Origin: Styela clava
Lineage: Eukaryota
NCBI RefSeq assembly: GCF_964204865.1
Contig: NC_135250.1
Location: forward strand, 10,292,001 to 10,356,000
DNA length: 64,000 bases
Direction of reading: 5' to 3'
How positions within the stretch are numbered: position 1 is the stretch's first letter; every line of letters begins with the position of its first letter. This document shows positions 1-14,225 of the stretch, piece by piece. The position numbers and the translations under genes are program-made. The notes beneath the pieces are model-generated. The model was given only the letters and a program-made list of their open reading frames with translations, did no database searches and had not been told where the DNA came from.

Positions 1-3000
1 CCCAAATAATAAATTCACTAACTAAAGATCACCGGTTTTCGTTTTAGGATTATTATCTAAGCGTTTACGCCTATTTTTCCAAGAATATCAAGTTAATCCA
101 CCGGCAAATTAACGAACTTGAAACTGACTCCGAGATTCGGTACTGACAGGGTCGAATGTTACATTTTTATTAGGTTAATGCGTGTCATTACAAAAGTAAA
201 CAATAACATTTTGCGGTTAGATGAAGTCATCTTACGACTAGATACGGAACGCCTGGAATTTAAATAAAAATATATGAAAATGAATTCATAAAATAACTAT
301 TTTGTTAACGAATTTCAAATTTACACGACTAATCTTCTGGGAACTATGTTCCCACATTCGATTGGAATGCTTTGCTGAAAGAACGAATATGTACCAAAGT
401 TCTTTTGACCAAATGCCGTGAACTATTAACACACTTTTTCGAAGTCGTCGTTAATTAAAATTTGTTGAGTATCATTTTAAATTTATTGGTCCGTCCTTTA
501 TTCCAGATAGGTGAGATGATAATATTTTTTAAATACGAAGTATTTGTATGTAGTACTAAAAGTACTACAGTAAAAACTACAATTTGGCAATACCTTACCG
601 TGACGGATAAACTGCTCTGTAAAGATAGGTCCTATTCAACCGAGTCTGTGCCATTATCTGAATGTGACGTGAGATTGTAGACAGAAACACAGAATTGAAC
701 AATACCGCAATATAATTAGCACAAAATACAAAATAAACATTTTTCTATAACTAGTTTTTTATTAAAAAAAAAAATTTATATGATAGCTTATACTTCTCAA
801 AAACCTGATAAATCAGCCTAAAATATATAACGTGAAATCGGTATAAGTTATAAAACCGAAAAAAAACTATTTTTAAAGGCATTGATTTAGGTAGGCATTG
901 TTTGGATGTTGATACGCCCGAGACTAACATTTTTGACAAAAAATAGAATGTGCTAATAAATTTATGCCTACGTAGTAACATTTGAAAGCAATAACAATTT
1001 TGCTAGAAATAAAGAGTTGGATAAAAAAAGCATTTCTTTGAGAGCTTTCTCAAAAATAGAATACATGTATCATCATTACTGAATTTGATGATGAAAGCTA
1101 TCCTATTGAATTTTATTTTTAAAATTAGCACTAATAACTTTATTATACTTTTCATAATTCAGAAATATGTGTATGCATTCAGAAAATATCATTTTGCGGA
1201 TTAAGGTTAATGCTGTATACGTTTGCATAAAATTTCAAGTATTTGAATGTTCCATTTTGAAAGTCAAACAACCTTTCTCTTTATTTTATTTAATGACCCC
1301 TAACAAAGTACTGAGTGTTGTTGGGGAGGGATGAGACATTGAGTATGTCTCATTGGAACAAATGTAACCTAATTCCAGTTTATCGTGATTTTTCATAAGT
1401 CACTGATCGCGCTTCTGTGACACAGTCCGCCGAACTGCAAATGTTCGACTGTATATGAATATGAGAACATTTTTTACTGCTGTACATTAGTATACTATAA
1501 TGTGGTAATGTTTAATAATGATCTAAATTATCACAACATAAATATATACATATGTGAAAATCTTCGCCTCCTTCAACACTCCTACTTGTTTATTAATTTT
1601 AATTCAAAATTAGGAAGTGTAAACTTCACATTGAGTACATCAACAATTCAAGCAACAGTCCTTCAAGACATTGACAGTCTGATACAATTTTCCCAATTTG
1701 TAAATCGTGGACTAAATTTGAATAACGAGTAAAAACGTTCAAGTCAAAATCATTAAGTAATTTTAAAAGTGGAAGTGTTTAATTGTATCCGATAATTAGT
1801 TTGTATATTTTAGTTGTGAAACCATAGACCTGGAAATCAAAATATTGGGAATTCACCATAATATATGTTTGGAAAAATTGTAAAATAACGTAACTTAACA
1901 ACTAAATAAGATAGATTTTTTGAAGTTTACATTCCTTAAAAATAATATGAAGAAATGTAGATTATCTCTACATTATTTGCAGCATTTTTTTTGTGTCGAG
2001 ATCATTTCCTATCCTAGTGAGATTAAATTGCCAAACAAATTGTGAGCCTGATTTTAAAATAAAGCTACCGTTTTTATTGTATATTTCTTCATTTAGTTTA
2101 TTGGCCAGTAAACAATCCAATGTGAAAAATCCCACCATGGGCGTGATACCGTAATTGGAATTGCCGCGATACACGTATGAATGATTTTGATGTAATTTAA
2201 TAAAAAACGTTATAACAAATTCTTATCAGTAAAATGTCATATCTTACTACCTCAAAGAATATGAAAATGCCTACCGGATATCAATGACGCTATCGGAACT
2301 ATACGCCTTTTATTTTCTTTATTAATAGAACGATCCATTTTTAGATATTGCATATATCACAAAATAATAATTATAATAATAAAATATAATGTATGTAAAT
2401 GTATTCCGGGAATCAAACAGCAACCGGACAATCGGATCTTGTGAACTGGCTATTGGCCAAGAAAGCGGTGATTATTATATTTGAACAATTTATCTGACAT
2501 CATAAAATTATTTTGTGTATGAAACTATATTATATTGCTCTATAACATGGACACAAAGTGGACCTATAGATTGTCTTGTCAAATTGTTGTTAGTATTTCT
2601 TTTCTTGTTGTTGTGAAATATCGACTTTCTCTTCAAATTCTGGACTAAGTTGGAATTAATTTTGTGAAAGATTTATTGTTAAATGGCTATTACTTTTATT
2701 CATTCCTAATTTTTCTCTGAATCCTATGAGATCTGATATTTTATTCAAAATTTTACTGTTTTATTATTATATATATGAATACCGTTTTTATTCCGCCGAA
2801 CGTGACACCTGCGTCAAATCTGTCCTCCGTTTTGATTTTGCACTGCACCGTTTTGATTTTGCATTTTCGTATGAGTTGCCTAGGCTACCGGCACTGCGGC
2901 TGTTCATTAGACTTCCGTGTCCATGTTTCTTGTTCAATGAATATAATTTTACTTTTGAGTCATCTCAACATTGATGTACCGTGTTTTGAATATATTACCC

Positions 3001-6000
3001 TAATCTATTAATAATTAGAAAAAACATAATCAAATAAACAAAATATTTAATATGCATTCACAGCTGTTTTATGACATCATAATATGATAATATCAATGAA
3101 CGGAGAAACGCAACGATTATAAATAATTTAAAATTACATAGCTAGTCCAAATAAGGGAACGGAAGCAATATCATGTCCAGAATCATATTATATTGAAACA
3201 TAGTCAAGTTTTACACTACTTCCGCTTATCAACGTGACGTGACAAATCAAATTACGTCACAATTACAGGGTTTGAACATCGGGGATGATAAACGCTAAGT
3301 TGGATATTGCAAATGTGATGTAACAATGCATTCCCATATATGGTATGATGTCAGTATGTGTATTTACATGCTTCATAAAAATATATTGAAATTGTGTACC
3401 AGAACAGTTGTTTACTTTTGAAAGTGAAAAGTGGATTCACTTTCTTCCGTGATAAGGGTCATTCGTCGAACTGGAAGTATGTAGTCTAAAACAGAATTTA
3501 GTTATTAGATTACGTCATCTTTTTGTCTTCTAATTTTATCTTCTTCTATAATGTATAATGTTTTTCTTTTGCTGCATATGTGCCATGTATTTAAAATAAA
3601 AACCAAGACATCTGCATTGTTGCAACGAAAAATGAGACAAAAAAAATCGTGCATTGTACCGATAGCGTCTCCCTTGTTTTATGTTATTTTTCCGCAACGT
3701 GATTCTTTTATTACTAATGAATCAGCATGCCTTAAAATCGTGAATAAATAACGACTGCAAAACAGACTGATTAAGCTTTCAACTCGGATTAAAACGTTAT
3801 GGTATGTCTAAAAACAATGGCCAATGTAATAAGCTGTTGTTTTTATTAGAAGATAACATCCCCAGCTGGGCCAGCCTACATGAGAAAATATCTACATGTA
3901 TCGGAAACGCGTTTTAAATGCATTTCAATGAGAAAAGATTACATGGAAACTTTTAAACATACTTTCACGGGCCCACAATTTTCTTGTTCTAATGTTGCAA
4001 ATATTTAATAAAATTTGAAAATATATTAATAAAAAGTGTTTTGATAGATTTGTTACTACAAGCACTGTCTGTGTTGTTTTTTCTGAGTTTACTTACATAT
4101 CCATTTTTAAATATAGATTCAGTATTGTTGGTGGCCCAAAAAAAAAGGGCTCATACGAGTACTTAGTCTATTATTTAAAAACAATTTTTCTTTTTATTTG
4201 CAAAAACAAATCTCCGGAAATTGTCAGTCCAGTTTATTAAAGAAGTCTGAACGTTTCGACTTGATAGATATCACATAATTTATTATATTCTTCTTCGAGT
4301 TGCAAACCGAAAATTTCAAACACGTTACGCGAATAATCGCTGCTTCATCATTAAATTCAGATCTTTTAGCTTTCATGCACTCGTCATAATTTGCATATTT
4401 GTTTATTATTTTGAAGACATGGATTGTACTTTTTCGACGATCTTTTTTTGATCGGCCAAAATTTGACCAAAAGACGTCACCATTTGCTATTGTGCCATCA
4501 AGTTTGATAACATCTACAGCACAGATGTATGAGGTGATTTTTCAGACACAGAGTCTAATTATCAATCGACATTGTATTGTACCACCCAGCACCTCGAAGC
4601 ACAAGCAAACAAACCATACATCATTACTTAATATTGTCAAAGAATAAATAGTAGATAAAATTCCCACGCATCGACAAAAATACTGACAAACAATTATGAA
4701 TATTAATGTCGTTTTAAGCCAATTTCTCCCATCTTAAGGTAATTATCTTTTGTTTTTGTACAGATTAAAACACGATTTCATAGGGTTGATCCGTTGTGTC
4801 AACATGTAAAAGTATAAAGTTTTATTTCTGGACTGGTCAAATGAAAAGATTGCAATCTTGTAGCAAATAAATGCCCATTAGGTATCACTGACACGCGAGA
4901 AAACCGGAATAGATGAGTGTGTTCAGTGGAAGAAATGAGCGAAAACAACATTTCAAAATATAAGCGAAATCATAGTGTAATACACTATTCTGAGTCCAAA
5001 TATTGCCATTGAAGAGCTTCATCATAAAATCGAATCTGATAATTCAACTACTGCAGTGATTCAATTTGTATTCGTGATATATACATAAATCATATAAAAT
5101 AAAATAAATTAATATATTACACACAAATAACAAAGACTCGCACATAAAACATCCTTGTAAATCTATGAGGTTCTACGATACGTTCTATAAACGGCACTTT
5201 TAAAAAACAGAAAAAATGATTATCGTGAGTGAAAAAGCGGTTTTATCGTAAATATTGGAATAAATTTTGCAGACGCTGAGTTATATTGCTGATTATCAAT
5301 GCCTGCCAAATGATATTTGACTAGACATGATCGAATCAAGTACATCACTCAATTTCGAACACTGAAACAACCAACATCATTTGTGGGTATCGGTATTTGC
5401 TAGCATCCGTCAAAATGTCAAAAATCTACTTAAATATTCAGTGTTTTAGTTCGACTTTTTGTTTGGACCAATTACATTTTTAGTTTTGTTTTTATTAAAT
5501 GTAATCTGTGATTGATTACATTTATAACGGAAACTGTAGTTGTAACAAATGTCAAAGTCTGGAATAGTTTCGATAATGAATATCCATTGCAATCTTAAAT
5601 ATCAAAAACTTGTATTGTCTGAGAAAGTGTGCCAAACTGCGCCAAAACAGGTCACCCAATACTCAATCTCATTGTTTTATTTTCTGTTCCCATTCTTCCT
5701 GAAACTGCCAGTTTTATTATTTGAACAGTAGATTAAATAACTGCAGCGGTGGACCTGGTTGTGCTCCATTCATAAACTTGTGATGGTTTGTCAGTAGTAA
5801 AATAATAATAATGATGTTGCTGATGCCTTGCTATTCATTTGATCAATTTGTGTAAAGCAAACGACTCAAATGATACTGTTTCACTGCAGCAAAATTATAA
5901 TGATTTAATGACCTTAAATTGTTCCATCATTGACTGAAATATTTTTTTTGACAGGACAATGGGAATCGAATGGGCAATTGAATTTTAACCATTGACTAAA

Positions 6001-6679
6001 ATGCTATACAATTAAAAGTAGCCACATAAAATTCCGTACACAGATTTATTCTGGATTGAATTACATTACCAACTAAAGCACCGTAATCTAAAGCGATAAG
6101 TATACGATCCATGTTACACTGAACTGGTAATGTTTCAGCTTGTGAATAATTATTACGGTATAAATAACGTAAAAAGTTGATTTGTATGATGCCAAAAAAC
6201 TTATTATTTATAAGGTTTAAATGCTACTTATATGAATCGCAACATTCCCGCAAAAAAACACTCTATTTTAGTTATATGCTACCACAAAATGCGACAATTT
6301 TTGCTCTTATAATGACGTAGTGCGACTGAAACTTCATAATTTATACTTGCCATTTAATACTAGTGATTTATTTTGTTACCGATTATTATTCTTATCAAAC
6401 ACACCTGGCCTTCAACTTCACTGATCGAGGTCAGGTAAGAAGACGGAGAAAGTTTATTTAAACACACTTAAAGATTTAATTTGAAAATCATTATTAAAAC
6501 TGCCGGTAACCACACATTAGTGAATCATTGTCTGGCAACGATTAGTTAAAAATAGAAATTTTGTAATCCTGTTGAATTCTTATCAATTCTCGTATTTCGC
6601 ATTAAAAGAAAGCGATAACAAAAATCGTGTTGGGTAAAGATAAACACTAATGGCGATAACATTTAATTGCAAGTGTAAA

Positions 6680-6680
6680 T

Positions 6681-6711
<31 letters not shown>

Positions 6712-6712
6712 G
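6680..6712 (+). repeat. (TG)7 microsatellite followed by a G18 run
   Basis: Seen directly in the sequence. Confidence 0.95.
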
Positions 6713-9700
6713 TCCAAGGAATGACACAGCGAGGAAAATGTTAAAATGGCAATGAAAGAAAACAAATTAAAAAATAGAGATGAGTTAACAGTTAGAAGAA
6801 AGAGAGAAAGCATTACAATATAGAAAGGGTGCAATAAAATAAGGAAAAATATCAGGGGCCCATGGAGAGTATAGGAAATTAAGACGATAAACGAATGAAA
6901 AAGGCGAAAAACGTTTGTTTGTTTGGCGTTATTGTGAAGGAAGAAAAAAAATGCATTTGATATTTCGTATTTATATGTAAATTTATTTATGTAATAATAT
7001 TCAACTTATTCATCATTTATATACTAACAAACACAATATTAAAATTCAACAGACCTGATTGCGAATTTCGGTATTTTTGTCAATGTGTGCACGGCGGTGT
7101 GTTTAAGTGATTATTTTCTGAATCACGTTGTGGGCAAAAATAGAAATTTGTAATTCTGATTCCGCATTATTTAATATTTGTAAACTCGACTAAGGTCGTC
7201 GAGTACCTGATATTTTGTCTGACAATATAAGACTAGCTATGACTAAGAAACAGTGCGATATATATGGAAATAATATTGGAAAATGCAAAAACAAAAACCT
7301 ATATTTCTCTATAAATTTGCATTGCATGATTGTCTTTTTAGATCTTGTTGAAATTTGTTAAAAATTATTTTTAAACGACGATAGCAATAAGAATAATAAC
7401 CTTATTCAACGTTGACAAAAAAAAGTAAAAAAGTTTATGAAATTGTTCATATGCCCGGTGTTCCACTATACTATACAAAAAGCTTTTCTATCTCAAGAAG
7501 GCATGATAAAGTCCTCGCTTATGCTTTATTTGTTGCTTCTAATATGTGATGACAAAATGAATTCGGATGCTGTTAAATCCATTTGATTTAATCTGGCGAT
7601 TCCTATAAAAATCCATTTGTCTGCACGTCCATTTACAATAAATATATGTTCATTACATTTATTGTATAATATACAACAATTTAGCACGTTTACATTAAAA
7701 TAGAATATGAAACATCCATGCATCAATCATCCATACCTTTTATGGATGGACACCACTATCATGGCAAGGTTGTTAATATTTCCAATTCAAAGAGTATAGG
7801 CTTTCCAGGAATATATAGGTGGTTTTGACTACATGAATTAAACTCGAAAATCGAAACAATAAAACTAACAAGGAACGATATTGCAATGCCGCCGTCTTCA
7901 TCTATATTTGTATCAAAGTTAATTCCCAATATGATCAGTATCGGTACTATTTAGTAACTATTTCTGTACACGATTAGTATTGCATAATCAAAAACAGTAA
8001 GCAAAATGACTGCGTTATTGCGGCAGAAATGAATACAATCTAAACGAAATTTAAATGGCAAAATTGTGATTAAATAGAGGGAAGCATTTTAGAAATAAAA
8101 TAGGTTAAAAGCTTTTTGTATACGGACGATTTTATATCTCATAGTTACATTTTGTATGGGTTACCACGAACAGTCTATGTGTAGTTTAGAACTAATGCAA
8201 CACTGAAGGATTGAAAATAACTTCAAGGTATACCGACAACGTGAAAAACTTACGTTCATCATTGTAAGTCTTCAAATTCATCTGACATATATTCAAATAT
8301 TGTGTTTAAATGTTACCAATGCAATGGTCTAACTCACGACTTTGATAACATCCCCATATATGTGATTAACGGTTGATGCAAAGATACCATGCCTCTGAAT
8401 GCTAATTCATGATATAATCAACGACTCAATTGCCTATATCGGGGCTCAAATTAAGATGTTAGCGAGTTTCAATTGCTGCATTCAACAGATAATTACCTTT
8501 ATTTGTAAACATGCAATGAAGCATGACCGGGTATTGAATTTTACAATATTCAATCAAAATATGCAATGTCGTCTGCTTTGATGATTTATTTACGTTACGC
8601 AGAAGCGTATAGACACGCGTATATTCGATTACTCTTTCCACAAATAGCATTCCAAGAAAATCCGTACCAGCGCACAGGTATCACATAAATAATAAACATT
8701 TTATTTTGACCGAAACAAGCTTAGGTCTCAAACTCATGATATTCGTCTTGAATTTGAGCCGCTTTTCATGATTTGATATCGAATTTTCTCCCTATCCCGT
8801 CTTCCACAATGCATCGCCCACACAGCAGTTTTCAGCACGAAAAGGAAGCGATGTCTTGAATTTATTCACGAGGGGTGGAATTGAAATAAAAATCCGACGT
8901 GGGCGAAATAATTTTCGTATTTTGACGAAATTTGTATTTTTTTTTCTGCTATCAAAGTTGGTATATTTTACATAAAAAAGTTATTTTATAGAAATTTAGC
9001 ACAGACAAAAGGCTGAAAAACGTGAAGATTATATATATCTTCGAAACAGACCGATAATAGAATATTGAGTTTTGTATCACGTTTTGCGTCGGCATGTATG
9101 TAAACTTACATACGATGACAAATTCACGAGTTCAACAGCTCATCTCTCGGCAATGCCATGTTTGCAATATGTATAGCTTGCAAAAACTCAAATTGATTTG
9201 ACACAAAAATCAGACAGTTTACTGGAAACTATATCTACTTGTGATTAATCTATGACATCCTAATTACGGCACAGATGATTTATGAATTGAGAAAAAGGAT
9301 GTTAAATCAGACATTAAATCACCCTAACACTCTATGACATGACACATTTTTAGGGCCAAATTGGGTAAAGTCGTCATTGGTTTATAAGTGAAAAATTATG
9401 ATGATGCAAAATTCGCTCGCTCATAATGAGAGAAATATTAGTAATCTGCTGATGAGTGTATCATATTCCACAACTTATTTGATGATGAAAAGAAATTTAT
9501 ACCAACTTGTATTTCGCCATTGGTTTTGAAATTGGTAAATCGGAGTTTTTTTGAAGTTTGAGAAGTGCTTTCATGTTGTAAGTACGTCATCATTTACCAG
9601 TTAGGAATATAATACTGGCATATTAGGTTTTATCTGTAATGAAAACCGATTTTCTGCCTAGTTGGACTATTTTTACTTAAGTTAGAACGTAAAATTTATC

Positions 9701-12700
9701 GGTACTGATATCTACGGATGCAAATATTTTTATCTGCTATGTTTCACAAAAATCCCTAGCAAAAACAATATTTTTCGTCTTTCGTATAACTCAAAACCAA
9801 CTGTTGTCAAGCTTTTCTCCTTTTCAGTTTCATTTTGAGGTCATCTTATTAGTAAATAATTATAGGTTTGTTTGAAATAAATCGGCCTAAGATGCCAGAT
9901 TATTATTGATTCAGGTTTTTACTTGTATCGAACAATATTGTGACTTTATTCAGAACGTTTATAAAAAATAAAATTAAAAGCTTGTTTATATAGTGGAACA
10001 TTCAATTTTTGAACCGTTATTATCGGCTTTTAAGGTATATTTGCAATTTTAAAACCATCACCTTGTAGCATCTTTACTTGAGCTTCGTGGTAATATTTCA
10101 TTTTTTACTGTTTTATTTAAAGTTTTCAACGAAACTGTTGGAATAAAGTCTGGCATTAATTTAGCAAAAGTCAATATAGTTTATATCAAAATAGCTACCT
10201 AATATTTTAAATACTATTATACTCCACGACTACAAAGAATGTATGAAAGTATATATAAGTATATGTATCTATGTAAAACATGTATTATTACTAAAATACA
10301 ACAAAATTGCCCAAACAGCATTGAAAACAGTTAAACTATGTCATGATTTTGTTCTTTCAACATGTCCACATTAGACCAATGCGTTTCGTTTGAATACTTA
10401 AACTCATTCTTTGCATACAAAAGTATTTTTGGGTGTAAATTCTTTAGACAATTGGCCAGTTCAATCATTACTTTATTGTGTATCTGTTAACACGCGTATG
10501 ATGGTAATTATGACAGAAGAACTATAAAAGAATAAATTAAACATCGTCGATTTCAATATTGATAGCTGGATTTTGAAGAGTTTCCGCATTCGTCACCTTT
10601 TAAACAATATGAAAATCTTGTTTGTTGCAGTTATATTGTCACCGTAAAATTGAAACGAAATCACCACAAGCTCCATCTTTTTTTTTATCATTACAAAAAC
10701 ATCAAACGATGCAAGTGGCAACATCTGAAATTGAAAAAGCATATTCAAGTAGACTAACAAATTGTAGTTATGAAGTGTACTCAATTTTATCTTGAAGAAT
10801 TTCCCTATTAATCAGATTTGATATCAAAAGAAATTTTTGGATTATGTTCTGAACAGAGCATAATCCCGTCTTTCACTCGACAACAAAGTGTATTTCTACG
10901 TAAACGTCTCACCTATACTGCACAGCAGCAGTTTGATCCTCTCGTGTATTCCTGGGATCATTTTCCTAATCTCATGTTTGTTTATTTACTAAAAGGAGAG
11001 AATGAACGGACATTGCGGCAACCTTATGTTCGATCAAGTTAATAGGATTTGCGACGGTATTATTTTAATTACACCTGTAGAAATAATAATACACGTTGTG
11101 ACGTACGAGACACTTCGTTGTGTATTTCGTAATGATGGATGACAGTCGAAAAGGGCACGTAGTCTGCAAGCCAACAAGCATTTGCGAACTTGATATTGAA
11201 CTTGGAAAGTTGTAAGATATGTATGAATATTAAGTATTGTGTTTATAATGCAGTTAGGCAGATTCTGATTATATTTATGGAGTTAGTAAATAAAATCCTC
11301 AAATCGAATATGAAAATTAATGCTCAACGGTTTATACTTCTACGTGCAGTGAGAACAGAATTTGTATGTCTAACGTTACCTAAATATGAAACGGTTGTGT
11401 ACGGATTGTATGTATAACAGTTGCATATTTGTTTCAAATGTGCTTACTATCTTGAAATCCGCAAGTCTATGATATCTCAATAATCTTTCAAATGATTGAG
11501 AGGGGGTACATGTGTTGGACAATGAGACAAGAAAACGCTTCGAAAAGCGAAACTATATTGAAACGCATTTTATGGAAAGCAGAAAGCCTCTTTTAACTTA
11601 CCGAACTTTGCAAGAGTGCATATCAATTTAGATGCCCAATAAGGCAACGGTGGATATCCAAGTTACGCGTCTAATTACCTTTAGTAAAAAATAAAAGGTT
11701 TCTCCACAAGTTCCCTTAGCTTCGTGGTAAGTTTGTTTGAAAACAAGTCCATATTTAACTAAATTATCAACAAATGAGGTATCGCCTATATATATTCCAG
11801 ACAAAGTTCAAAAACAATTTAATCACTTATATTATTTAGATTAAATAATTATGCAAAAAATAGGCTTTTTTGTAGCCATCATTTCTATTTCTATCCTAGA
11901 CTATACACATGCCACATTGAAAACAATTAACGGTAACAATAACCAAATTCAAAACATTAAAATTCTATATTGTCTAATCGTGTATATCATATTATACGAC
12001 TCAATGCAAACTGCAAATACACGCAAATTTTTCCGCATTTTTGCAACATCATAAAACGTTCCTGGTAACGTAATCAACGTTCATTAATATTTTCTTGCGT
12101 ACTATTTAACATATATTTGTTTCAAATAAAAATAAACTTCATATTTTATTGTACTAATTTTGAAAACGTGAGGATATTTTAAGATTGACAAATGGATCTG
12201 AACGCGACGTACGTGACGTACAATTACGCATCGAATTGAACATCCGGAAGCAAAGTTTTTAACAAAATCTACAATATAAATATTATGTATTTATTTACGT
12301 CGATAAATCTTACGTTGTGCGTAAAAAAACGTGAAGTATTGATTAGCAAACTGAAAATGCATTTGCGTATACGATCAACACCCTGGTTTATCTATATGGT
12401 ATTTATACCTACAAACTCATTGGTGACTCATATTTCCAAGTCGAAATAATTAGGTAACTGAACCAATATCACCTATCATGGAATACATACATGTATACAA
12501 AATGTCACACTTGCTAATGCAATACTGCCATGATGAATTGTGACGTAAGGCACCACTGAAAGTTGACCAAATTGGCATTAATAATTTTTAGAATGTGTTG
12601 CAAAAATAAATGGCCAAGGAATTAAATAATTAACGAAGAAATTAAAATTACAAGTAACATTCTGTTCGGAACATACCATCATCTTACGTCAATTGATTCA

Positions 12701-14225
12701 GAAACGAAAACGAAATTCATGCAGGTTCTGGTTGAGCAAGAAATGTCACCCATGTAAAGCTATTCATTCATGAAAGCATTATTAATCCAACGATCATTTC
12801 ACCTTTCTTCGGAACAAAAATATTGTTCGCTATACGCAGTAATTTGGATTCATAGTAGATGCAGGCCCATAGCCTGATGCTGTATCAAGTATGCCAATTA
12901 AACAAATTGCCGTCATTTCAAGCAAAATTCAAAAGTAATAATGCAGATAGTTACACAGGGTACTAATTTTAACTTCATTTGCTGACAAACGCGTAGAAAA
13001 CAAACAAAGTTATTGCTGAAATAATACTTTTTACTCATGTTAAATCTTTTTTTGCAAAATATTGAACGTTATAAAGTTTAAATGAGAATGCAAAAGATGC
13101 CCACCGGGTACATTTGACGAAGGTACTTCACACTCCGCACCGTAATTTTGGTAAATTAACGCTTGCTGTAAGGAGCAACCAGCTGCTAATAAGGGTTGTT
13201 TTTCCGGCAATTACACAACTAATTTTATCAGCTCCATTCTGAAATTGTTTGTCTGTTTATACGTCGCATTTGGTGGTTCAGCTACTGCGCCTGCCAAGCA
13301 TATAACAAATTTTAGCCAAGAATATATAGTGTCTGAATGTTGTATTCAGAAATTGGAAAATAGTTTTCTTAGAATTGTTAAATGAGTGACTTAGCAAAAT
13401 AAGTACAGCTCCCTATAATCACTAATCAGTGTAGCCTTGTGGGCGCAGGTGAAAGGATGGATACAAACTTCAGTTATGAGATTCTACTCGGCATAAATTA
13501 TTACCCATCAGATAAAACATTTTTATGTCAAATTTCAATCTAGAATAGATGAATATTACAACCGAATCAAGAAACAAATAATGCATTGCATTGGCTTATT
13601 CAACAATAATCTTATAATTTTGATTCGATTTGAATGGAAATTGTGCATCCATTTCATAATTATGTGTGCTATTTTTATTAATATTAAAAACATTATTCTA
13701 TTGTTGATTGTAAAATAGTCACAATCTATTTCGATTGTATGCGTTTGAGACAAATTAAAAAACGTCCACATTTGTATTTTGATAGAAGAGTTTACGTAAA
13801 GAAAAGAAAAAGTTTTGTCACCGATGACTCAAAACATGACGACCTCAAACATATAAAATGTGGCTCATGTCAGTATAGCGGCATTCGAATCAGACCGGTC
13901 TCGGTGAACGGATAGCAAGAAACATTTTCTAACTGAGTTAGAAACAAGCATTCTCGCTGCATAAAAAGTAAAGAATAGCTACTAGAGAAAATAAAGTTTT
14001 ATCTGATAAAACTTCTCTGCAAAATATCGACGCCACGATAAGTAGCAGTATTTTGTAGTATTATAGAAAAGTTTCGTTTAGGAAATAATTCCCCGATCGT
14101 TTTCAATATTAGAAAGAATATATTCAATATAACTAACAAAATTTTATCATTTTCAGCTCCGTATACTTTGTATAAAATAGAAATAAAATTATCATTTGTT
14201 AATTTGAATGTCAAAACTTTTCACC

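Noticed and set aside
6695-6712. G18 run as a functional G-quadruplex
   Set aside because: Simple sequence next to a microsatellite with no functional context; homopolymer length is also error-prone.
1-14000. About 17 short ORFs in the track, plus an open minus-strand frame of about 95 codons at ~4220-4540
   Set aside because: Composition is typical of AT-rich noncoding DNA (I/F/L/N/K-rich). There are no recognisable motifs and I could not build a phase-consistent exon chain.
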